Shown here one piece after another: positions 35,176 to 48,645 of a stretch of DNA of 64,000 bases. The stretch comes from Lama guanicoe (taxonomy: Eukaryota): positions 4,062,071 through 4,126,070 of the forward strand of contig MU053810.1 in assembly GCA_013239625.1 (NCBI GenBank), given 5' to 3'. The stretch's first letter is position 1, and each line of letters begins with the position of its first letter. Position numbers and translations under genes: made by a program. The notes below the pieces were generated by a model, which saw only the letters and a list, made by a program, of their open reading frames with translations, ran no database searches and was not told where the DNA came from.

Positions 35176-35542
35176 TGTTGTCGGACACAGTGGGGTGGCC
35201 GGTTGGTGAGCCAGTGACATGTAGGTTGGTAAAAGAATTTACCAGAAATAAAGTATGGGTCACAAGGTACCTGAGGGGCTTGTGCGCAAGCCTCTGATTG
35301 GCTGTAGGTGAAGTAAGAAGTTTAGGGTCTGTGATGGGTGGTGGGGTCTATGACTGATAAAGTGGGCTGAAACAAGCCAGCCTGAATGATTGTGAGCGTA
35401 GGCATTACGTGGGGCTATTAATTTGTTAGGGCAAACACGCCCAGTGAAGAATGCACTTTATCTGTTGAGGGATCCCAGGCAGACATCTGAGGGCCCAGAC
35501 ATGAGGATCATTGGACTTTGAAGGATGGCCGATGGCCCAACA
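35176..35542. mobile_element. Solo LTR-like insertion, family not assigned
   Basis: Inverted termini TGTTG...CAACA, flanked by gatga (35171-35175) / gataa (35543-35547). G-rich with a CCAAT box (ctgattggc), unlike the AT-rich right flank. Confidence 0.6.
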
Positions 35543-36217
35543 GATAATTTACTTTAAAATTAAATAATTTGTAAAATTTGGTATTTTACCACTGAAGTTT
35601 TTTATATTCATATATTATTATATAGCACATGTTTATAACATGGATTGGTGCCAAAATAAGGTTTAGAACTGCAATTTGAAGAACTGGTTTTGAGTGAGAA
35701 TAACCTTCCTTTCAGCTTCTTAAATGTTCCTATAAATAAAGTTTGGTGATAGGCCCACTCTTGTCAGTTATGGTGGGTGGCCGGGGGTGGGGGTTACGGA
35801 TTCAAACTAGGTCACCAGTATTCTTTCAAGGTTTAAAATAGCACTTTATGTTATTTTAAAAGTATCAAATTACTGATTAGTCGATTGTCATGACTTTATG
35901 GTGGGGTATAGACCAATTTTAATTCCTTGATTGACTTCAAGTAAAACAAGCCACGTGGCGCTTTTAGAAAACAAGGCAGCAGAGGTGGTCACGAGCAGCA
36001 ACACGAAGGAGATGGAGGTTGTCCATGTCTGTCCCTCATTTCCATTTCTGCATCCATGAAACCCTCCAGCTCTTACACAAGCTCTTTTGACAGCCAGTCA
36101 TAGAAACCTGACTTGGACTAGCTCCAGTCAAAAGAATGAATCTACAGTTCTTGTGAGTGGATTCTAGGAGATGACTTCCAACATGGCTGAATTCAGAGAC
36201 CCAGGTGATATTATCAC

Positions 36218-36218
<1 letters not shown>

Positions 36219-36254
<36 letters not shown>
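36219..36254 (+). repeat. Compound microsatellite (TC)11(AC)7
   Basis: Direct reading. Confidence 0.95.
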
Positions 36255-36255
<1 letters not shown>

Positions 36256-36440
36256 GTTTTCACCAAATTGCAGCACAGCATCAATGTGTAAAAGTTTACT
36301 TGACAGCTCTGGTGGAAGGGTTTTAGGGAAAATCTAATGGGTCAGGCTGAGGTGTAATCAACCCTGAACCAATCAGTGAGCGCTGTCAGAGGATGGGCTA
36401 TTCCAGCTGACAACCTTGAGTCAGTGGTTGGCAGCCCCAC

Positions 36441-37119
36441 TGTGTAGTAAAGAAATAACTTTCCCCAAGAAGAAGTCTGGCCTTTGTCTTAGCCCTTGGG
36501 AGGTAATCGCTAAACCCTTAGAATTCCAGAGTGTTTAGAGTGTCTTTGTCATAAAAGATGGCTCCACTGGACCACACCAGACAGTTTATGCTAATGAGGT
36601 GACTCAGGGTGGGGACACATCGGAGAGGTCCACCGTGGGACTAGAGAGTTGGGGCTTTGAGCCACGAGAGATCAGTCCAGAATCAGGGTAGGGATAGGGT
36701 GTTAGAATTGTTAGAAATTGAATCCAATTATGTGGGCAATGATTCAATCATGCCTATGTAATGAAATCCCAATACAAACTCTGGACACAAAGCTTGGATG
36801 AACTCCTGGTTGGCAATATTCTTTGACTATTGTCACATTTCGATGCTGGGAGGGTAAAGTGTCCTCGAGGATGATCGAAGCTTTATATTTGGAACCCTCC
36901 CAAACTTAACCCTATGCATCTCTGGTTCTAATTTGCATCCTTTTGCTATGATAAAACCATAGTCATAAGTATAGTGCTTGCCTGAGTTCTCTGAATTGTT
37001 ACAGCAAATGGTCAAACCCGAGGATGTTCATGGGAACCCCTGCATTGGTAGCCAGATAGTCTGAAGTGAGGGTGGCCTGGGACCTCCAAACTTGCAGCTG
37101 GTGTCTGAAGTGAGGGTAG
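36441..37119 (+). mobile_element. MER21-family LTR
   Basis: gtttatgctaatgaggtgactca; caatgattcaatcatgcctatgtaatgaaa; acttgcagctggtgtctgaagtgaggg. Confidence 0.75.
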
Positions 37120-37437
37120 ATTGGTATTCCTCCCCGAATTCATGTGCTGAAGCCCTAATACCCCAGTGTGATGGTATTTGGAGGTGGGCTTTTGGGAGGC
37201 ACTTATGTTTAGATGAGGTCATGAGGGTCGAGCTTCCATGATAGAATTAGTGTCCGTATAAAAGAAAGAGAAACCAGAGCTTGCAGGATACAGCAAGAAG
37301 CTGGCCACCAACAGTCCCCTCTCCGGGGACTGAACCTGCTGGCACCTCGATCATGGATTTCCCAGCCTCTGGATCTGTGAGAAATCAATGTCTATTGTAT
37401 ATGGTGTTTTGATATGATCTCCAGAGGTGACTAAGAC
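37120..37437 (+). mobile_element. MaLR LTR (MLT1A-like)
   Basis: ccccagtgtgatggtatttggaggtgggcttttgggagg...gaggtcatgaggg...cccagcctctggatctgtgagaaat...gactaagac. Confidence 0.8.
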
Positions 37438-40400
37438 CTTCCAGAAAATTCTTAACCCAGACCTATAACTTTGGGCAGCATTTTGTGTTTCGTACCTTCT
37501 CCAAAGTACCACTCCCGAAATAAACGTTTCAGCTGTTATTGATAATGTATTAATGTGCTGCGTTTCTTCTAATTTAGTTTTGAAAGTTTTTTGGTTTTAA
37601 ATCCAAATCAGAGAACACTCTAGAATGTAAGCTCCACAAGGGCAAGGACTGCCTAGAAAGCTGCCCTGGGTCTAGGGAGTCATTTAGGACAATGAGCCCA
37701 ACAATTCAGCCTTTATACATTTACTGCAACAGTGTTAGCAAGAGGCTACAAAGAGACGAGGTGCCGGCTCCCCTACGCTGTTCCCTGTCTCCCCGCAGCA
37801 ATGGCACTGGGTGAGGGGCAGGTGGACCAGCACGCTGCTGAGGGCGCTCCTGCAGTTTTATGGGAAGCGAGGGGTGGGTAGGAGGAGAACTAGGAGTGGA
37901 AGAGTAGCGGGTACTGACACACAGTGGAAGAAGATGTCTCCGAGATCCCCTCTCCCGGAGAGAGGTCTTGGCAGAGGTGTCCAAACCGTGTCTCAGCCGA
38001 GTGTCCCTCCCCCCAGTAGGGAAGCCTTCAATTGGAAGCACCCAGGCTAGGGACACAGGTCTGTGCAGAAGCTTGGCCAGCCAGGGGAGGCTGAGTCCTG
38101 AGTGCCACTTTCTGCAGAGAATGCCATGCTCTGGCTGTGCACCCCTGACCGCTGCCAAGCAAAGCCTTGTAATTGGCCATGGTCGGGCCTGAAAGAGATC
38201 ACTTAGGATTTTGGCCCAGAGTTGGACTCCTTAGGACCCTTTTCGGTTTTTTTCCCTAGTGCATCATAAGCATCTAAAATAATGAGCACAGAGTAGGTGC
38301 TCAGTAAATTGTTATCGTTAATAGCTGGTGACATTGGTGGGGGAAATTGAGCTGCACAGACACTCAGGGACTATTCCATTGCCCTCATGTTACCGAAGGT
38401 TTGAGCAGCTGGCTCCTAAGTGAATGAGTTCCGGCAACATATCCAATGCCCGCACACTTGGGCACACACTTGGGAAGCAGATTGAAGGAAAAGAACTGGA
38501 CAAAAAAAGAAAAAGTGAAGAAAAGAATGAAGGGTTCCTGGAGGTCTGGGGAAGTGCCCTTTTGTACTCATGACATGAAAATGTAGCTTTATAATCCTAA
38601 ACGCTTGTCGGAGGAGAGCAGAGCAGGTTATAAAATTTATAGCGGCTCCCTGCACCTTCTGCCATTTGGCCTTTGGGCTCATTTACAATGTAACGGTCAT
38701 GATGCTCTTTGGGCCCCACAAGTCAGCAGAATTGTCTTCCTGCCTCTGATGATAGCATATTCCATTCAAGGGGGTGCTCTCCTGATCTCTGCATGCTGCT
38801 CACCCATCTGTCCCTCCAGTTCGCACATTTGCCTAAATTCAAGCTATAACTCACAGTTTACCCTGTAATGTGGGATGTCTGCGGCGCTCGGTGTTAACTC
38901 ACTGAATAGAAAGGATCAAAGAGACTGAACTTTTTAAACAAGAAAAGCTTCTGATGTTGAATGCTTCCTGGAAATTTGCATATTTTCATTTCACTGCTTT
39001 ATGAATTATCACCAGGAAGTTAAATCTTTGTAGTCTATAAACAATATGATGAAGTGCATTTTTTTTTCCTCTAATGGATTTGTTTTTAAAGAAACAAAAG
39101 CTTGGATTCAAATGTTTCAAAGATGTTTTCTATGATCCCATGTTATTTAAAACTCATTCATTAAACATCTGATGAATAGGTCTATTACCTTTTTTTTAAG
39201 CTGATTAAATGCTCATTTCGGAAGGATGGAATGAATGGTCACACAATGATTTCACTGCAATACATCTTTGTAGATGTCCAGTGCTATATGGAATTGAGTC
39301 ACAATTTGCTGTACAAATTGACAAGCTAGCAATCATTATTCTTCCGGTATAAGCAGGAGTCTATCTTTGATCTTAATCATATTTTCAGTGGTAGTGGATA
39401 TGGAGGTGGTGAAGCAGTATTATTTTTCTCTGCATAGAAAATTATGCCACAAAATAGATCATGTACAGGGCTGTCATAATGGCCACAACGGTTATGACAG
39501 AAAAAAAGAATAGTGACAGCTACCCTTCAGTGCACAGTGAAATAGTGACCAATTTGTTAAGTATCCCTGGAGTCAATTAAACCAGCATATGATCAGTTTG
39601 GTGGCTGCCAAGCCTCAGTGGGAGCCAATGAGAATTCACCAAAGATGAAAATGGATGAATCTGGAAAAACACTGTTGATGGGGGAAAGCAAACACATCAC
39701 TGAGCTAAGAATAATCTTGTTGGGCCTTCTCTGAAGGCTACTGATCAGCAGAGGGCTGTGTAGTTATGCCATGTGCACAGTTTCCTGAATGTTTTCTTCT
39801 GCAACATTTTAACAAGGGAATTAAATTAGTCAGATTTAGCTGCCACAACATGAGAGAATCATTCTGCAAATTGCAGCCATTATTAATTTTGTTCCAGAAG
39901 TAGTCTTGCATGAAACATTCGTGTGATTTTTTCTTTTCTTTTTGCATTTAAACTACAGATAAACACCACCGATTGCCCTAGATGAATGCTAGGGAAATGC
40001 CAAAGACTTTACCGCAATTCCTTTTATTAAGTCAGATATTCAATTGTGAAAGATGTTCGAACAATCTCATGATGGATGTGCATTAGTTTGCTGCTGTCAA
40101 GACAAGTTACCACTCCACATCTCTGATGCTGATCATATTTTTGCAGTCATGATTGAGTTGTTGAAGGAAAAGAACACTCCACCGAGCTCTCTCGACTGTG
40201 TCCAAACCAGCACCAACCTGAAATATCATTGGCTTCCTCAGCAGCATCAAAACACACAAAAGCAAATAAGTTAGATCCATCCTAGAGACTTTTCTGCAGC
40301 ACTAAATGGATTTGACCCTTTTAGAGCAGGGAACACAGTTCCAACACAATTATTCTTATTGGAATAGACTAAGGAATTTACTTGAAATGAGGTTGCTGGT

Positions 40401-42176
40401 TATCCTGTGGAAGCTGTGTCAGAAAAAATATCCACCTTCCCTTCAGAGGCATAATTTGTTCATTCTCCCATGAAACATTCATGCCCCATGAACTGTATAC
40501 CACCAGCTTCGTTTAGATGGAGAAAAAATTCTTTTACTCTACCAACACTTGTGTAGCTCAGGTAAGGTACCATTTTAATGAAAACACTTTAACATCCAGT
40601 TCTGTGCAACGGGACCACTTTCATATGCCAGGTGTCCTGAAGCAATCACTCTTTGTTAACTTGTTCACAATCAATTTTATTAAGGGAAGAATTCCAAGTG
40701 ACAGATGTCAGCAGTGAATGTCCGCGTCAGTTTAATGAAGAGGCGCTTTGAGACGTATCATTTGTAGGGCACCTATTTAAATGCAAGGTCTGTATTGTTA
40801 CAGTTTGACAAGATGTAATGCTTTTCAGATGTAGGAGGGCAGGCCCTGCCAATTCCTCATGAGGTAGAGCATATACATCATCTTCCTTCGAATCCAAACC
40901 CCGCTGAACCTACAACAGTGCTGGACACAATAGGTACTTAGGAGATGCTCATTCTCTGGAGTGACTGGTATTTGCCATGCGCAGTAGGAACAGGCTGGGA
41001 TGTGCCATCAAGAGCAAGTGAAACTTTTTATGAGAGTGTGAAAATTCATTCATTCTTTCTAAAAATATTGTGTTCCTACTAGGTATAAAATATTAGGTAG
41101 AAATTCTAAGTGATACAAGGTCACCATGGAATGACTTGGATTTCCTGATTTGGCTTGAGCTGTGAATGGTGAAATCTCATTTCTCTGTATTGAAATTTAA
41201 AGACTGCCAACTATGGGCTTCCAGTTAATAGAGGATCCTAGCATTGGCTTATAATGATCTCCAATTGAGGTTGTTAGAACTGTCCCCAAAGTGGAGTCCT
41301 TTGGGAGAACTTCCCCTGGACTGAGAATTAGACAGTGGGAGCCCCAGGGGGTACTAACAATGACCTTGGGAGGACTTACATAGGTCATCCTAACACCAAC
41401 ACCCCTCTGAGTGTTTAAAGCAGCCATAGGGGACATGAAGGCTTATATCTCATTCCTTAGTCCATTGGCTCTGTTTGGAAATGTCCATGCCATTTATATG
41501 TGTCCAAGGCAGCCTCCTTTGTACTTGCAGGCTGGGACCACCCTCTTCTGTTGGCCCCAGAAAGGAGAGCTCTTTGTCCCCCCTTACCCTCGACTTGACC
41601 AAGTCCATGTCCTCACTGTAAAGGCATCATTCAGAAACTTGTTCAACCCTTTTTCTCTTCATGTGCCCTGCCTAGCTGACCAAGGCTTTCCTATTCTTTT
41701 GACATCAATTGCATTTTCTCTCTAGACTTCTGAGTCTTTTAAATATTTAATGTATTAAAACTGAGTGCTACAGCTGAGCCTGCTCTATCATTGGTATCCA
41801 GGGATAACAGTGGGGCAGATAGTGTTAGAAATATCTCCTTTTCAAAGATGTGTATTTTTTTTTCCATTTGGTATCTGATTAAATCAGTGCTTCCAATTTA
41901 TCATAGCATATTGGTAACAAAACCAATCAGTTTTGCCAGGGCCGTTCCATCTTCTAGTAAAGTCCACAGGACACAAAGAGTACATTTATCATGAGGGGAT
42001 TATAGAGGTTCCCTTTGACATTTCAAGGGAGACTGATTACATGCATTCTTTTCATGAGATGGTGAAAATCTGTGTGTATCAGTTATGCCCAAGGAACTAT
42101 AGCTCTTGACAACTGTCCTATCTCCAAAGTTAGACTGTTTGATCCCACACTTAGGGGAAATTTCCACTTTTTAGCT

Positions 42177-42520
42177 TGCTCTCGACTGAATATTTGTGTC
42201 CCCTCCTAAATTTGTATGTTGAAATCTAACCCCCAAGGTGATGGTGTTAAGAGGTGGGGCTTTTGGGACGTGCTCAGGTCATGAGGGCAGGATTAGTGCC
42301 CTCATAAAGGAGATCCCAGAGAGCTAGCATGTCCCGTCCGCCATGTGCGGTCACAGCGAACAGGCACCATCTTTAATGTCTGAGTTCCTACCAGACGTCC
42401 AACCTGCTGGCACTGTGATCTTGGACTTCCCACCCTCTAGAACTGTGAGAAACAAATGTTTGTTTATAAGCCACCTAGTTTACAGTATTTTTGATATAGA
42501 AGCCACAACTGACTAAGATA
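42177..42520 (+). mobile_element. MaLR solo LTR (MLT1A0-like)
   Basis: Full MLT1A-like sequence with a perfect 5-bp TSD tagct at 42172-42176 / 42521-42525. Confidence 0.88.
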
Positions 42521-42619
42521 TAGCTTAAATATGGTTCCTAGTATGTTGTAAATAAACAGACTTTCTTAAGCTTTACACCCATTGATAATATGCAGACAAT
42601 TGAGAAAGTAAACACTTTT

Positions 42620-43440
42620 TACAGTTTTTAATGTGGAAACTTTCTAATACTCAAAGACAGAGAGCAGAGTACAATAAACCCACAGGTACCCATCTTCAGC
42701 AATTATCAACATTTTGCTAACTATACTTTCTTCCCTCCACCTATTTTTTTGCTGCAGTATTAAAAAAAAAAACAGACATCATGTCATTTCATACCTAAAG
42801 CTTATGTACATATTTCTAACTAACAAGGTCTTTCCCCTTCCTATTTTTTAAAAAAAGGAACATAACTACTATGCCATTATTATAGATACTAAAATCAACA
42901 ATAATTTATTTAATTTAACCCCAAGACAATATTAAAATTTCCCTGATTGTATCAAACCTGCCTTTTTATGGCTGATTTATTTATTATAGGTTCCTTACAA
43001 GGTTCACATGCTGCATTTAATGACCATTAGGCCTTTGTAGTCTTACAACCACACATCTCCCTTACCCCCCTGATTCATGCCATTAGCTTTTAGAAAACAG
43101 TCATTCATCCTGTAGAATGTCTCACATTGTGAACTTGGTCAGTGCCACCTCATCACGCCAACACATTTGTTCTTCTCTCCTCCACATTTTCTACAACTGA
43201 AATTTAAGTCTAGAAAATTGGTTAGATTCAGGTTTAAATTTTTTTAGGCATGATGACTTGGCAGATGGCGTGCATTACTTCTTTCTGCGTCACGTCACAG
43301 GTGCGGAGTAAAGGCTGTACCATTTTAGACCTGCTAGGACTGGGCAGGGGGAGCAGGTGGTATCAGGTTAGTGTCTCCATTATAAAGTTTGCCATCAACC
43401 TTCCTTCAAATGAGCACCTTTTAATTACATGTTCACTGAC
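42620..43440 (-). mobile_element. Old L1M 3' fragment
   Basis: gagtacaataaacccac...cttcagcaattatcaacattttgc; tcctgtagaatgtctcacatt; ggttagattcaggtttaaatttttt. Confidence 0.65.
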
Positions 43441-46400
43441 AGCAGATTTATTGTTAATTCAATCACGTACTTGAGACTCCTTGACCCATGCTCGCTTCAA
43501 ACGCATCTCTGGTTCCTATCACACTCCTTATTCCTCATTTTGACACCAATTTTATGCTTCAAAAAAGGCGCTTTCTTTAACAGTGTTCTTTACTCTCCAT
43601 TTCCCCCAGAGAGCCTACACAATCTTCTTTTTTTATTGGTGGGCACTTTTCTTCACCCCTCCTTTTTATTTTTACCAAACACAGATTCACAGTGTTTTAG
43701 AAGCAGATCTTTTAGGAAGGTCCAGGGCGACTTTCACTTGCTCTCTGTTGCAAAATTGCATCATTGCAACAATGGCATCGTCCATGTGGCAGGTCTGCTG
43801 GGCCTTCATTTCTAACGGCCTGTGGGTGCCAGTACGCTGCTTGGAGGAACTGCCGTGATTTGTCAGTGACCTTGCAACACAAAACCACCTAGAACCTTCC
43901 AGGTAGTGAATTCTATTGAATGAACAATTTATAATGAACTATACTCGAATTTTCAAATTTCCACTGTTCATGTGACACATAAATAGTAAATAACATACAT
44001 TCTTTTATAACCCATTGAGTCCCAGTCTTGGGAGCAAATAATTCCTTCTCATGGGAAGAGTGGGTCCAGAAGATATTTAGGGTGGTTTCAGAAAACCATT
44101 AAGAAAAAGGGTTTGGGATAATAAGAAAGATTCTTTAGGCAGCAATTCAACTGGGCAATATTTATATTTCAACTAAGCCCTTACATTTCCATGAACCTGT
44201 TCCCACCTTTCCATGAGGGAACATCCTGAAGAAATAATAGGAAAAGCTAGCATTCCGTGAGTGCTTACTGGGTGCCAATCACAGGAAGAGACTTCAGCTT
44301 CCCGAGGCTTTGAGAGATTATATAACTTGTACAAAATCACACAGGGAGTAACTGTCAAATTTTTTTCCAAAACGGAGGTCTGTTAAACGTGACACCGCAT
44401 TGCTCTTTTGCTGGAAAGTCCTGAGAAGAGCCACAACTTTGCAGTCTATACATTGTGGAGATTTGTGCAATCATCATTAGTAATAGCAAGAACTCTCAAG
44501 ACAGAAGATTGTCCTCCAAGGGCTAAACTTGGAGCAACTGCAGATAATGAGACAGAACTCTTTGTGAAGGATGACACGTTAATGACAGTTCCGGAAAGCC
44601 ACCAAACCAGCTCCCCCGTGAGAAGCACAGGAGTAAAGAATGTGATCTGAGGATGGAGACACAGGAACAGAAAAGGAAATGGGGCAGGGAGGTCATGACT
44701 CTGTGTGTACTACTCTTGGCCAAAGTCTTCACCAAGAGAGAACAGATGGGTAGGTAATCCCACACCAGGCTGGATTTTGACTTAAATTGTTTGTAACTTA
44801 CTGCCTGTATACTTGTAACAAAATAAGTAGCCTTAGTTACTCTCAACCAAAACTTCCTTCTTTTTGTACATCTTCAAAATTGAAGACTCTTCAGTTATTA
44901 TTAAGGGCAGCATCCGGACCAGGTAGACTTGGGCCAGAGGTGTAGTCATCCTCTGGGTGCTGTGATAAAGTAGATTAAGTGAGAATCACACTTAGAAAAT
45001 AGTTCCCAAATGGGGATAATGTTGGAAAGAACCAACTGTTACACCTGCATTAGAAAAACACACTAGATTCAGCGGATTGCTTGGGCTTAAACAACATGAC
45101 CAGCAGTCAGTAATCAATAGCCATCATAAAATGTGCGATTCCTATAAAACTTCCTAGCTGGACCACTGTGAAGACAATCGTAACTGTACAACTCCTTCCA
45201 TTTTAAAACCAGTGTTTAATTATACCTGCGATACACGAACATGTTCTTGCTCCAAAAAACAAAAACAAGAACAAAAAAAAAACCCCAAAAAACAAATCAC
45301 TACTGACAAAGCAAAGATTCAACATTTATTCTGGGGTTATAAAGTAATTCCTTCTGAACAGATCTCCACAAGTGAAAAGAAAGCAATTAATTCAAATGAG
45401 CTTTCTTTTTGCAGCCACTGGAGGGGCGGTGCTGAGGATGAGTCCCCTGGGAATTTGCCCGATTTTTCTGTTTGCTTCTGTGGGGGAACCTGGCCATGTG
45501 TTGCCTTAGTTAACAACTCGTGTCTAAGGCTCACTGAAAGGAATTTCAGGGGTCACATAGTTTATTGCCTGTCTGGAAGCAAGACCAGCAGGGAATCCAT
45601 TTCTCAGGGGGATTTGGCACTGGTATATACTTAAAAAAAGACCAAAGAGATATTTTCTGGTTTTTCTTCTTCTAAGATTATTTCTCTTTCTGCAGATTCT
45701 AGAACCAGAATAGTATTCATTCTACTATTTAAAAACAGTGAAATTTTCTGTGTCATGATTCTAAAAAAACTTTTTTTAGCTTTGCTGTCTTTTCCTGTAG
45801 GGCTGCCATTAAGGTATGCCAATGAGAATAAAAACAAAATTAAAAGCTATTCTGAGAAATTAAGAATTTCTTTCTTTAGGAATTTTTTTTTCAGGTGGAA
45901 GAAAAATTGGGGATTTGAGGTTACTTTCATTATTGCTCTTCAAAAATCACAAATAGCTTTTACCTTTTTATCTTTCTTCTTTTTAAATAGTTCATACCTT
46001 TTTAAAGAAAAATAACCTTCAGTTTAGATAAAAGGCAATGTAAAGCGAGTAGAGCAGAGAAATGTGGATAACATTTTACGGCAGTTATTCCCCAGGGATT
46101 TGGAGGATGAGGGTAAGATCTTAAAGCAGAATTACCAGTGGCTTTTTGTTTTTTGTTTTTTGCTTTTTGCAAGCTGTGTTTGCTTAGTAAAGGCAAGACA
46201 GATTTTGGGGGGGGCTGAAGGTGATAGCGGGAGGGCAGTGGTCCCTTTCCTTCTCAAACTGGTTAGTGCTGCCTTTTGTTAGAACTGTTGAGAGGTTCTC
46301 AAATGAGTGAGCATTTGTCCAGATTCCTCCTTCCCTCTTTTCTTTCCTTTTTGGGTCAGGGGAGATTCTGCTGAGCATCCAGACTCCCTTGTTTCCCACC

Positions 46401-48284
46401 ATAGAAGCTGAACAAGGCCAGGAACTTGTCCCCAGCCTCCTCTTCCCAGCCAAGTGTGAGAACAGGATCGAGCCTGTCCGATCGCATGCGCCACCGTAGC
46501 TCAGAAGGAGGAGCGAGTGGCATGGAAGCCGGACAGCTCCAGTTCCCAGGGGCAGTGGAGCCAGTGGCCACGCTGTGTCCAGTGCTGGTGGGGGGGAGCA
46601 GGACCCACAAGGAACCCACACACACACATTTCTGGTCCCAGTTCCCTGTTCTTGCCGGCCAGTTCTGGGAGCTACTCAATGTGCATCTGGCATGTTCTTT
46701 TTCTGCCACAGCCACTCTGAGTGGGTTTCTGTTGCTAGCGATAAGATGCTCATGGACACAGGCTCTCTCTGAGAACTGAGCCTGGAGAATTAGAAGTTAA
46801 CCTGAGCCCTTGTCGCACAGCACAGAACCTCATGCAGGTGGCCTTTCTAAAGTCTGACCTGCTCACTCTCACCTGATCTCACTCAGGACACTTTTCTTGC
46901 CCAACTCAAAGCCCGAAGGAGAATGACGCAGTCACCAACAGCTCACAGAGAACAGGGTCAAAGAAACATAATTTCAAGCAAGAGATGAATGTCACCCTTT
47001 CCAACCCTTTCAACATTGGTTAAATTCCTGTTCTTTCATGGACAGCAGCAGATCTGGACAAGACACTGGTGTCTTGAGGTTTCATGTCGGAGTTCACTGA
47101 GCTAGGCCCTGTCGAAGACAAACCTACCAGCAGCTGACAGTTACCCTTTCCTGTTTCCCTCCCACCCATCCACTGAAGCCATTGATGGGTGGTGAAAAGC
47201 AGCAACTCAGAGCTCAGGATGGCTCTTACCTGCTGAAACATTCCAAGACAGAGCCTCTGAAAATGAGAATATAATTTATCAAGCCATGTGTGTTCAATGA
47301 TTCAGAAAGATCCATATGTGCTTTTGTTTCAGCTACTCTAATGAGAATGTGTCAACCTCAGTTAACTTCTTCTGTTATCAGACTCATTCCTGACTGAGTG
47401 GCTGCTCTCCAGAGAGGCCAGGGCTTCCTGCAGGGATAAATACCGTAGGTTTGCAGAGAGGTGGTCTGCATCATCCAGGACCTTTGGGTGAGCACTGAGC
47501 CCCTTCCATTGTCAAAAGTCAATATGTTATTTCTTGAAGGAATTTGACAACACTCCATCATCACTATCCACCATCAATTTTTAGCAAGCAAAGAAAAAAG
47601 TCTAAGGCAAGATCTTCAAGAGTGAGTGGTTTAGAGGGGAGTGGGGTGGGCTGGAGCCAGATGCCCGTGCAGAACAAGATGTCACATTGTTTAACAGACC
47701 AAAAGAAAATGACATTCCTTTCAGTTTCCTGCTGAAATGAAGGTCAAGTCTTCTGGTTTGGAGACAAGTGCTGTCCCAAGGGGACAGAATATTTTACAGT
47801 CATAGGCATGTGTTGTCCAGCAAATAGATCCTGAAATACATGAATGGCCAAGTTCCAATGTTCCAATGAAAGAAAATGAGCCTCCTCCCTTCTAGCAAAA
47901 CCTTGTGATTTTGTATGGAAAGAGAAACCCTGGGGATAATAATGAGAATTTAGTGTGAAGCAAACCATCTTTTTCTTTTTTTTTTTTTTGCAACTCAATA
48001 TTCCATCTGCCTTAAGAGTGAAGAACGCATTGGAAACTCCATGGCAGCAGAAACCAACCTGAACATGCTCTACATGGGGCAGAGCATAATGCCTGACCTG
48101 TGAGGACGGGCACGTGAGAGCAGGGATGCATAGAAAACAGAAGACAAGGGACCAGTAAGACCTCCTCCGAGTTTATTATCATGTCATCATTCCTGGGGGG
48201 TCTGAAACCAAGATTCCTTACATCAAGATTCCTCAGCTTTGGGCTGAGATCCTCATGCCTATTCCTTCATAGGCAGTTTGTTAT

Positions 48285-48645
48285 CATTATTTTTTTATTG
48301 AGTTATAGTCAGTTTACAATGTTGTGTCAATTTCTGGTGTACAGCACAATGCTTTAGTCATACGTGAATATACATATATTCATTTTCATATTCCTTTTCA
48401 CCATAAGCTACTACAAGATACTGAATATAGTTCCCTGTACTATACAGTATAAACTTGTTTATCTATTTTATATATACCAGTCAGTATCTGCAAATTTCGA
48501 ACTCCCATATTATCCCTTCCCACCCCCTTCCCTCCTGGCAACCACAAGTCTGTATTCTATGTCTGTCAGTCTGTTTCTGTTTTATATATAAGTTCATTTG
48601 TCTTTTTTTTTTTTTAAGATTCCACATATGAGTGATATCATACAG
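48285..48645 (-). mobile_element. Lineage-specific L1 3'-end stub
   Basis: Same 3'UTR family as 1965, 14847, 21944 and 28285 (tttacaatgttgtgtcaatttctggtgtacagc...agattccacatatgagtgatatcata). Confidence 0.82.

Noticed and set aside
40023..40217. Minus-strand terminal exon (VGAGLDTVERARW...*, AATAAA downstream)
   Set aside because: Weak polypyrimidine tract, no recognisable homology and only 36 codons.
43685..43791. Plus-strand exon after a pyrimidine tract
   Set aside because: Poor donor (gtctgc) and an unrecognised peptide.
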